DNA of 64,000 bases from Neovahlkampfia damariscottae (Eukaryota), in NCBI GenBank assembly GCA_016618085.1, contig JABLTG010000036.1:1-64000 (forward strand). Reading direction: 5' to 3'. This document shows positions 1 to 10,647 of the stretch, piece after piece; the stretch's first letter is position 1, and every line of letters starts with the position of its first letter. The notes beneath the pieces are model-generated. The model worked only from the letters and a program-made list of their open reading frames with translations. It was not told the DNA's origin and did not search any database. Position numbers and translations under genes: made by a program.

Positions 1-769
1 TTCCAAAAGTAACACTTATTGATAATATTGCAGTTTATAAATATGATGCTGTTGTACCATATCCCTTAGAACATGTAATTTGTTCATTGGCACCATTGAA
101 TAATAGATTAAATTATGATTCGGATTTTCAGTACTACAGGGAAATAGAATTCGTACCTTTTGATAAATATAATGAATCTGTCAAAGAGAAATATGAAATC
201 GGTCTACAAAATAGAAGAGGGATTGCTGTTATTGAATCAGAAATGAATTTCAAAGATGATTCCAGAAATTTGAAATATTCAGCTGCATACACTGTTAGTT
301 ATGATGAATCCACAGAAACATATTTTGTATTTTCAAGACCAATTGTTCATCGTGATTTTCACCAAAATTTGTCAGAAGGTATTGTTGATTGGAATCAAAC
401 TGCTGAATTGAGAAATCCAATAACCGGAAAATTAGCAAAGCATTCATTATATTTTGCAATTACACTTCAAATATTTACCAAAGAAGGAGAAGGAAAGACT
501 AAATTTCAACAATTTAATGGTAACCATTTTTTTTTTCAATGTTTTAATATTTCATTTAATTAGTCATTTCTTTTGATTCTAAACAAAAATTGAATAAAAA
601 AGAAAAGAAAAATAAGATCATTTCAAGATCTAAAACATTACATCAATCCATGATTTCAACATTATTAACAAACAATAATGAATATTTAACTTTTGAAAAT
701 TATAGAAATGAATTAATGGAAGATTCAGTTGGAAAATTAATTTTGGAATCAAAAAATCAATTGATATAA
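1..769 (+). CDS. 5'-truncated hypothetical protein, possibly START/SRPBCC-like
   Basis: ORF 87-563 continues through a GT-AG intron (520-563) into an open exon ending TAA at 767-769; fold call is weak. Confidence 0.5.
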
Positions 770-844
770 ATCCCTTTGGGAAACTTTTACAATAAAATTT
801 TTAATAAAACAACATGATTTGTTGTTAAAATTCCTCCAATCAAA

Positions 845-1936
845 ATGTTCAAAATTGTTTTCTTGTTGCTGACACTTGTTGCTCTGTCAACATGTTCACT
901 AATTCATAAAAATACAGAAAAATATCGTTTAATACAATTCACAGATGGAAGGAAATTGTGGCTTTCCATTGATACTGTCAAAGAATTACAAAAATTAAAA
1001 CCTGGAAAATTGTTAAACTTTATGGACATAACCTTCACAGAAAAATTTGAAGGAAAAATACCAAAATCAGATCCACTTCCTGAAAAACCAACACAACAAA
1101 ATATTGTCAAACCATTACTTGAAAAAGTTGATAAAAATTCTGAAGAAAAATTAAGAAAAACGATTGAACATTTACAAAAGTATCCAACAAGATCAGCATT
1201 AACATCAACCGGACAACAAGCTGCTTATTGGATTAGAGATCAATATATCAATGTTATTTCAAAATTACCTGTTGACAGACAAAGATTATTTTCAGTGCAA
1301 CTCTATAATCATACACTTTGGAAACAACCATCAGTTATCGTTACTATGAATGGAAAAACAAAGAAAACTGTTATTTTAGGTGGTCATATGGATTCAACAG
1401 CTGGTTTCTTTTCAGATGCTCCAGGAGCTGATGACGACGCAACTGGTTCTGGATCTGTTCTTGAAGCTTTTAGAATTATAGCAAAATCAGATTATGTACC
1501 AACAAAAACAATTGAATTTCATGGATATGCTGCTGAAGAATTAGGATTATTAGGTAGTTTAGCTTTAGCAAGATATTATAGAAGTAATAACAGAGATATT
1601 TATGGAATGATGCAATTAGACATGACTGGGTACAATCTAAATTCTAAAAATAAAATTGGGATTGTTACGAATGGAGTAACAAAAGAATTAACAGAATTTT
1701 CAAGAAAATTAGTGACTGAATATTGTAAAATTGGATATGAAGATACCACTTTGAATGGTGGAACATCTGATCACGCTGCTTGGATATTAGCAGGTTACAG
1801 AGCTTGTTTTCCTTTTGAAGCTGTTGTTAATCCACATATTCACACAGAAAATGATTTAATTGAAAAATTAGACATCAAAAATGCAATTGAATGGATTAAA
1901 CTTGGAATTTCATTTGTTATTGAAATGAGTCAATAA
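845..1936 (+). CDS. Secreted M28-family leucyl aminopeptidase
   Basis: Signal peptide; Zn-binding motifs GGHMDS, PGADDDATG, AAEELGL, LDMTG, HIHT; intronless. Confidence 0.92.
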   Translation: MFKIVFLLLTLVALSTCSLIHKNTEKYRLIQFTDGRKLWLSIDTVKELQKLKPGKLLNFMDITFTEKFEGKIPKSDPLPEKPTQQNIVKPLLEKVDKNSEEKLRKTIEHLQKYPTRSALTSTGQQAAYWIRDQYINVISKLPVDRQRLFSVQLYNHTLWKQPSVIVTMNGKTKKTVILGGHMDSTAGFFSDAPGADDDATGSGSVLEAFRIIAKSDYVPTKTIEFHGYAAEELGLLGSLALARYYRSNNRDIYGMMQLDMTGYNLNSKNKIGIVTNGVTKELTEFSRKLVTEYCKIGYEDTTLNGGTSDHAAWILAGYRACFPFEAVVNPHIHTENDLIEKLDIKNAIEWIKLGISFVIEMSQ

Positions 1937-2113
1937 AAAAAGTTTCGTTAAAATTTAATTTCTTGATTGGTTCAAAAATACACATCTCCAAAAAAAAATG
2001 AACCATACAAACTCTGTTTTTTTTCTTTCAGTGAAGGAGAAAAACCAACTTTTAGAAAGGATGACAACTTAAAGTTTGTTAAAAACTTATTTTATTTGAC
2101 TCCACAAGACCGA

Positions 2114-2497
2114 ATGAAAAGAGTTGTTTTTGTTCTTAACCAAAACTACAATTTGAAAAAAATTTTCAAAATAAATGACCAAACTGAACAACAAAAACAA
2201 GAAAAAAAACTTGATCTCTGCAAAAGTATCAGAAATTTCTTTCTAAACTCTAAAAATGAATTGGCAACTATATTCTCAATGGAAAATTACCTAGATGGCC
2301 CACGTTCACTAGAATTCCGTATTTGTTTTGATTTTTTTTTCAGTTGGAATCGTTCAGATGAGGAAATTGTTGTTAAGAAATGCTAAACTATTGAATGCTA
2401 TTGATTATTTGTAGCTTGTGACTTTTTTCATGCATTGATTAGAAAAGTTAACTATGATTGGATTCAAAGAAATTTATTGATTCATTTTTCCTCTTGA
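2114..2497 (+). CDS. Hypothetical protein (5' structure uncertain)
   Basis: Open frame from ATG 2114 joins through intron 2319-2343 to an open exon ending TGA 2495-2497; upstream ATG 1998 gives only a 24-codon ORF. Confidence 0.4.
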
Positions 2498-2498
2498 A

Positions 2499-3483
2499 TC
2501 ACATCAAATTGCAATTTTCTTCATTTTTTTCTTGAGTCAATTGATGTCTCAAAGTTGCTCCTTTTATAGATTGATCAATACATTCTTTACTGATTTGTTG
2601 TTTTTGTGAGAAAATATCAGGAAGAATATGAATTGATGTAGCTTTAATGTCAAATGCAAAATTCAACAAATCATCATAGCTTATATAACAATAATCCTTC
2701 TTTTCCTTTCTGCAAGGCTCCAAAGAAGAAATTGAAAAAACAGGTGAATTCAGATTCAATTTCATAAAATTCACAATTTTCTTCAAATCTTCAACATCCG
2801 AAGATTTTCCAATCTCTAAAATAAATGAATGATATTTCTTGAATGGAATTTTTGAAAAATCCATTCCATCATCAATTTTAATCAATCTATAAATTCTTTT
2901 AGACTATTTAAATTCGAACTCAATTTTGTATTTGATTGTTCCACTTGAAAAAAATCTTTTTTTAGAATTCTCAGAAATAGTATTCAGATGACTAACTGAG
3001 CAGTAAATTATTCCAATTTTCATTTCATTTTTTGTTTGAACTGGTTGTATTTCATTGATTACTAATTTTGAATCTCTTTGAAGTAAATATCTTTGAATAA
3101 ACTGTTTTTTAATGGGTATTCGTGGGTTTATATTTGAATACAATCTTTGTTTGAGGAAATACTCATAGTAATTATCATCATCTAAAACCTCAAACCAACT
3201 TGAACAGACAAGTTTAAATTTTGTATCTAAAACTTCATTGTTTTTCAAAAAACAAAAAATATAAAATATGATATCATCTGGTAAAACTTGATATTTTGTT
3301 GGATTTGATAAATAATCAAGTGTTGCTTGTGGAATATCATTTTCATTTTCTCTCAAATATGCTCTGGCTATTTCTTTTCTTTTTTTGGATTTAAATTTTA
3401 TTGTTTGAATACTTTGCTTTTGTGATTGAACAAAAAGTTTCAACATCTTCTTTTGTCGGTTTTTTGTGTAAATTAACTTTCAT
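2499..3483 (-). CDS. UBA-like plus F-box protein
   Basis: Spliced N-terminus VETFCSITKAKKEIARAYLRENENDIPQATLDY (UBA-like); F-box LPDDIIFYIFCFL...LVCSSW; two short introns. Confidence 0.75.
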
Positions 3484-3518
3484 GAAGCAAAATGGACCAA
3501 TCAATTTCATCTAGTTCA

Positions 3519-4528
3519 ATGAGAAAGACACTGACAAAACAACAGGTTGCTGAGATATTTTCTGAATTTTCAATTGATGAAGAAATTCAAGAATTAAAAT
3601 TAATACCTGCAGGATGGGAAGTAAAAAAATAATGTTTAAATATTTAGAACCACAACTATTCTGTTATGACAACAAAAAAATTATATTTTTTAAAACATAT
3701 GATATATAAACCAGTTGAAGATATTAATTTATTTTTGAATGTTGTTGATCAACTCAAGAAATATGATTTTCCAACATCTTATCCTTTTAAAACGAAAAAC
3801 GGTCAATTTTTAATTCAATATAAAGGAATGAACATGATTTTGTTTGAATTTTTAAATGGAAAATCACCTGAAAAATTGTCAGAAAAAATGATTTCACAAA
3901 TTGGTCATTCTTTAGGTATTTCCAAAAAATAATTTTAACACAAATAGCAATTCTTCATTCATTACCAAGAATGGAACAAAAATTTCCTCATTATCAAATG
4001 GGTTATGAAAGTATAACATCTTTTATGAATGATCATCACCAAAATGAAAAATCACCTTTTGCTGATCATGAATTTGTTAAATTCGTTTCACAAAAAATAA
4101 CAGAAATCAACAGAGTTAAAAAACTCAATCTTCCAACTGGAATCATTCATGGTGATTTATTCATTGACAATACAATATTTAAAGATGAAAAATTACTCGG
4201 AATTATTGATTTTGAAGATTTATCTCAAATGGAACTTATTTATGATATTGCAATGACAATTCTTGGAAATTGTTTCAATGAATTTAAAATTGATTTGAAC
4301 TTAGTAAAGTCATTTATTGATGAATATCAAAAAGTTAGAAAACTAACTCAAGATGAAATTAATTCACTTCCTGTTTGCATTAGATGGACTGCAACTTCAA
4401 TTGGAATTTGGAGATTCAAAAAATTCAACATTACAGATTATGATGAAAAACATAAAGATAGATATGTCATTATGATGAAAATTTGTGAGAATTTAAATGA
4501 TGAAGAAATTTTAAAAGCTATAAAATGA
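3519..4528 (+). CDS. Homoserine kinase type II / APH-choline-kinase-like phosphotransferase
   Basis: GWENHNY loop, GIIHGDLFIDN and GIIDFED motifs; introns 3621-3647 and 3916-3947. Confidence 0.8.
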
Positions 4529-4541
4529 AAATGATAAAGAT

Positions 4542-5241
4542 TTATTTTTTAGGAATTGAATTCAAATGATTGCATTTTTTGCATGTTCTATTTTCTTCTG
4601 ATGAATAATATCTTTCAATTGCAGGTTTTAATTGAACACCTAAATCATAACTGTTTCAAGAATTTAGTGTTGATTTTTTGAAATACCAATAAAAAACTTC
4701 TTCATAAACAATTTCTTTACATTTTTCACAGTACCATCTTAATTTATCATTTTCTGTTTTTTTTCTTTCCCTTTCAACAACTATTCCAATAGTATCTTCA
4801 AAACGGACTTTTGAAATTGTTAAAAATAAAAACCATCATTTTACCAGGATTGTGTGGAATGTTTGGTGGTAAAAGAAACATTTCTCCTTCTTTAATCACA
4901 ATATCTTTGAATTCACCATTGTCAACAATTTTTAATAACATGTCTCCTTTTACTTGAAAAAACCACTTTTAACAAAAAAAATTTAGTACAAAAAAAAATA
5001 GAAACTTCTTCTCCTTCTTCGACATGATAGTCAGACCTTTGATTTGGACCTCCAATGACCTTTAGAAAAATTTAACGTTTTCTTGCTTTTTACCATAACT
5101 TTGAATTCTGCAAAAAATTAATTTTTTTTGTTTTTGAGCACCTCCATCATATAACATGTAATTTCCAACAGGTGGTTGTAATTTATCTTTGTTTTCTTCA
5201 ACCCATTTATAAAAATTGAAAGGTAATTTGTAACCAACCAT
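4542..5241 (-). CDS. HAAO: 3-hydroxyanthranilate 3,4-dioxygenase
   Basis: Not in ORF track; spliced translation gives [50 protein letters not shown]...RTCKKC; 5 introns. Confidence 0.95.
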
Positions 5242-5439
5242 TTCTCCTGATTAAGACAATTGATTGTTTTATCCAATGAAATTAAGTTCGTTTTTTAACT
5301 TTAAAGTTCTACTGTACAGTATTAAGAAATTACTTGTGGTAGCTTTGTCAAAGATCTTCCAAAAATAGATATTTGTTTATTTATCCAATAAAATTAAACG
5401 AAAAACAAAACTCAAACAAAAAACTGAAATCAAACAAAA

Positions 5440-6322
5440 ATGAATCTGTTAAATAATGAAGGTAAAACAATGAAGAACTGAATTCATCTTCATTAGATTT
5501 AGATTGTGTTCAAAATGAAATAAATGATGATGACTACAAATTAATTTATGATAATTTTGAAAATACGACATTATACCAAAAAATAATACCTGGATTTTCT
5601 GGTTCTTCAAAAAAAAGATGGAAATGTACGGGTACTTTTCCATTCTCAACTGATACCGTTTTCATAACTTTATCAAGTGACACAGAAACAAGAAAAAGTT
5701 GGGATTCAAATCAAGTTTTTTGTAAAGTAATTGAGACATTAAAAGAAAAAGAACTTGAAAGTAATTCAAAAGTTAAATATTTAATTTTATACAAGATGTA
5801 ATTTATCATGTTCGTTTTAAATTTCCATGGCCATTATCAGACCGAGAATGGTAAATTGAAAACTTTTTTTAATGATTTTTTAGGGTTTGTTTGTCCACTT
5901 CAAGAATGGAGAAAGTCATTTGTGATTCATGTGAAAAGAATAAATTTGTAACTTATTCCTATGGAATCGAACATGAAGATGTCAAAATATCGTAAGTTTA
6001 TATATTAATTTAAATTGAAGAGATGATGCAGTTTTGTTGGAAAATTATTTTTGGTCTGTGACACTTGAACCGGTTATGATAAATAACAAAGAACATTGTC
6101 GTTATTGGATAATTTCTCAATCAAACTTGAATGTAAATAGATTTATTTTTAATAGTTTTAAAGGGTTGGATTCCTGATTCTCTGTTGGATTGGGCTGTGA
6201 AGGCAATACCGAAAGAATTTGAAAACAATGTTATTGAAGGTTGCAAATTGACAACCAAACAAAAGTTGAAAATTGAAGACTTGAAGAAATTAGAAGGATT
6301 TCAAATAAAAACAAAAAAATAA
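5440..6322 (+). CDS. START lipid-transfer domain protein (PCTP/STARD10-like)
   Basis: Not in ORF track; spliced exons give RKSWDSN, KFPWPLSDREW, GWIPDSLLDW; several short introns. Confidence 0.8.
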
Positions 6323-6398
6323 ATTTTTTTCATTTTTGATTTTCAAATTTGGAAATTTTTACAACCAATCGGAATTTTCGTAGCTTCTAAAATTCAAC

Positions 6399-8284
6399 AT
6401 GATGGACGTTGGTCATTTGGTAAGACAGGACCACTTTTTCTTTAACACTTTACATAGGAAGGTGAAGAATACATTGTGGAAGATATTTCAACTCAAAACG
6501 TTTCGGCTGAGGATCCAGATGAACCAAAACCTGGAATACTACCAAAACTTTTTGACTTTATAAAATTTGTTGGTAAATAAAGATACTTGATGTTAATTAT
6601 TCATAGGTCCTGGTGTTTTAATATCAGTTGGTTACATTGACCCAGGAAATTGGGCCACAGACATAGAAGGAGGTTCAGTGTATGAATACAAATTAATTTG
6701 GGTTTTATTTTTTTCCAATACTATAGCTATTTTACTTCAGACTTTATCTGGTATTTTTTTTATCATTTTAAATATTCAAAAGCAAGGTTTGTATTTTTTA
6801 AAAAAATTCATTTTTTTTTTCACAGACTTGGACTTGTCACAGGAAAAGATTTAGCACAACAATGTAGAAATTTCTATCCTTCTTATTTTACTTGGATTTT
6901 ATGGGCTTTAGCTGAATTTGCTATCGCAGCAACGGTAAAAAACAAAATTCAATTCCTAAAAATAATTTTGAAAAGGATATGGTTCGAATGATATAAAATT
7001 TAACATCTTTTAAAGGCAGAAGTATTAGGAACAGCAATTGGTTTGAAGATTTTATTCGGATTACCTCTAGTTTGGGGTGCTATCATTACAGTTTTGGACA
7101 CATTGGCGTTATTAGTTATTCAAAATTTTGGACATCGATTCATTGAAATCCTGGTGGTCTTTTTAGTAATTAAAATGATCTAAAATTAACATTTTTCTTC
7201 TTTAGATGACTGCTATCTCAGGTTGTTTTCTATTTGAAATGATAGTTACAAAACCATCTTTTGTTGGCATTATGAAGGTTTGAATTTGACAATTGATTCA
7301 TTGTTTACCATACAGGGTTTAGTAATACCTCAATTACCACCTGGTAGTTTAACTATTGCTACAGGTATCTTAGGAGCTACAATTATGCCTCATAATATTT
7401 ATTTACATTCTGGTATTGTTGTCAATAGAAGTTCACAAAATAAAAACAGAACTTTTTGGAATTGTTTATATGCGTTCTTTGATGGAATATTATCATTAAA
7501 TTTAGCATTTTTAATCAATGCTTCAATTTTGATTACTGCTGCTGCATTTCATAATAGAGAAGATAAACCAAAGTCAATTGAATCTGCATATGTTTTATTA
7601 GAGAGTGTTTTTGGTCGAGCTGCATCTGTAGTTTTTGGAGTTGCTTTATTGTTGAGTGGTCAATCATCCACAATTACTGGAACAATGGCTGGTTCAATTG
7701 TTATGGAAGGATTCATTCAAATTTCAATTACACCTTGGATTAGAAGATTAATTACAAGATGCATTGCCATAATACCTGCTACTATTATTTTGATTATTGT
7801 TGGTGATTCTGGGGCAACTCAATTACTCATTTGGTCACAAATTGTTTTATCAATTCAGTTACCATTCGCAATGGTACCATTAATTAGAATTACCAGTCAT
7901 AAATACATGGGAGAATTTCAAAATTACATTTTTGTGAGAATACTTGGTTGGATTTGTGTTTTTATTGTTGGAGGTTTGAATGTTTGGTTAATTGTTGATA
8001 TTGCAATGCAGAGTGCCGGTAATTAATCATTTCAAATTTTAATTTTTTCAGATAACTTGAATATTTTAGTTTGGATAGGTGTTGGAATATTGTCATTGAT
8101 TTGGTTTGGTCTTTTAGCATTTTGTATATTTTGTCCAATTTCACCAAAAGATGGTGTAAATCAACAACAAGATCAACTTGAAGATTTAATCAATGAAGAA
8201 GTCAATGATGATTATAACAAATTTCATGATGAAACAACAGTTGAATTAGAAACCAAAGATGAAGAAGAAATTGAAGATATCTGA
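6399..8284 (+). CDS. NRAMP/MntH divalent metal transporter
   Basis: GPGVLISVGYIDPGNWATD, SARLGLVTG, ATIMPHNIYLHS, SGQSSTITGTMAG; many introns including 4-nt and 6-nt micro-exons. Confidence 0.95.
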
Positions 8285-8297
8285 TTAAACAATTTCT

Positions 8298-9235
8298 TTA
8301 TTCAAACACTACTTTTAGTTTTTCCCAAAATAAAAATGTCAAAATTGTATGAGGAGCTAATCTAGCGTAATGAGCAAAAAATCCTTTATAAAATCCATAA
8401 ATACCTTCTGTTTTCATCATTTTTACAATACAATCAAACACACCATTGTACAATAATCCTTTTCCATTCGCAGAAGTTCCTTCATTATAAATTCTGGTTG
8501 AAACAACATCAAATGGATTCATTGCTACAGTAACCCAAAATCCACTCACCAAAGAACTTAGAAAATGTGTCAGTACTCCATTTGACACATTAAAATTATT
8601 TAAAATGAATCTTTTTGATTGATCATACGTAGAGAGTTGCACAGCTGATCCAGTTGATACACGTAATGCCATTGCTCTCCAACCTCTAAAAAAACCAGAT
8701 ATGTGTTCATTTTTATAAACCTTTTTAAAAGCATCCATAGTTCCTTTATAATCTCTTTGAAATCCAATTCCACTTGATGTTGATTGTGCTTGTAATCTTG
8801 TTTTTACAAGATAAAAAGGTGATCCAACAACACCTCCTAAAGCTCCTGAAAAACATGCTGATGCCATATTCTTGAAAAAAAAATAATCATCACTACCAAA
8901 ATTTGCTTGAAGAGTGGAGTACATTCCTGAAAAAAAAGTTTAAAATTTGGCAAAAGAAAATAACCTAAACGAACTCCATTCATAAAAAATTGATACAATA
9001 GAGCAGGTGGTAGACCTTTTTGAATTGAAAACAATCCTTCATTTTTTATCATTTTATAAAATCCATTAAATGTTCCTGTATAAACTGGTTTTTTATGAGT
9101 TGCTTTGGTTTCTAGTTCTCCTTGTAATTGTAATCTTATTTTAACAACTTCAAATGGGTTGGAAAAAAAACCTGCTCCTGCTGTAGCTAAACCTCCAACA
9201 GCAAAATCTTTTGGTGTTGTTTTTTTCTGTGACAT
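8298..9235 (-). CDS. Mitochondrial carrier, Oac1/SLC25A34-35-like
   Basis: Three Px[DE/Y]xx[KS]xR repeats (PFEVVKIRLQLQGEL, PFYLVKTRLQ, PFDVVSTR); one intron. Confidence 0.9.
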
Positions 9236-9382
9236 CAACCAATAAAATACATCCAAAATAACACAAATTTATCATTCCATTGAAAAGAAATCAACTAACT
9301 GGTTGTTAAAAATTTTGGAACCATAAATGATTCGAAATTTGATGATTGGTCCAACATCTCCGATCAAAAAAAAAAACAGAGA

Positions 9383-10528
9383 ATGTCAGTGGAAAACAAA
9401 GACGAATTCGTACCAATTTATAGACTATTAGGAAACTCAGGAATAAGAGTTCACAGATACAATCTTGGAACAATGATGGTTTGAAAACAAAAAAAACAAC
9501 TAATCCTTCCTCAGTTTGGAGATACATGGAAAGGTTTCATGGGAGCAACATCAGATGATGATATTTTAAAAATTCTTGGAAAATACTACGAAGTTGGTGG
9601 AAACTTTATTGACACAGCAAACGTTTATCAATTCGGAAAATCAGAAGAAAAAATAGCTTGGTAAGAAAAAAAAGAAAAATTTAATTTTGGACTTAGGGGT
9701 CTGAAAAAATTGAATTTAAACAGAGATGATTTTGTTCTTGCAACTAAATTTTCTAACACTGAATCATCTGTCAGATTACCAAACAACAAAGGAAATTCAA
9801 CAAAATCTATTTTTCAAGCTGTAAACTCTTCTTTAAAAAGATTAGACACAAATTATATTGATTTACTTTATGTTCACTTTTGGGATTTCACAACTGATAA
9901 TGATGTCTTAATGAGAGCGCTTGATGATTTAGTTAGATGTGGAAAAGTGCTTAACATTGCCATTTCAGATGCTCCTGCTTGGGAAGTAGCTAGTTGTAAT
10001 GTTGCTGCAAAAATTCATGGATGGTCACAATTCGTTGCATATCAAGGAAGATATTCACTTACTGATAGAGAATGTGAAAATGATCTTATTCCAATGTGTC
10101 AAAAATTAAAATTATCATATGTACCATGGGGTGTTTTAGGTCAAGGAAAATTAACTGGAAAAAGAATTAAAGGACAAGAAACAAAAGATGTTTCAAGATC
10201 TGTTGAAATGTCAGATTTAGACTATACTATTCAAGATGAAGTCATTTCAATTGCAAAGGAACTTGGAAAATCAGCTTCTTCAGTTGCTACTAATTGGATG
10301 TTGTCAAGACCTTCTGTTTCAAGTTTATTACTTGGACCTAGAAATTATGAACAATTTGAAGATAATTTAAAAGCATTTGACTTTAAATTATCTAAAGAAC
10401 ATCTTGATAGACTCAATAAAGTTAGTGATCCTGCTGTAAAACCAATCTTCCCACGTACATTTATTGGAACAAATTATCAAGATAATCAATGGTTGTATTT
10501 TGGAGAAAAGAAATATCAAATTGAATAA
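9383..10528 (+). CDS. Aldo-keto reductase (aryl-alcohol-dehydrogenase-like)
   Basis: YRLLGNSG, LGTM, GGNFIDTANVY, LATKF, SLKRLDTNYIDLLYVH; two introns. Confidence 0.92.
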
Positions 10529-10647
10529 AATTTTGATTTTCTTTTTTATTAATTTCTAAAGATGATGTAGGGTTGAAATGATGCAACCAATTAAATTGTT
10601 TTCATGTTGATCCAATCAGATTTCTGTTATTTTCCAAACATTAATAG

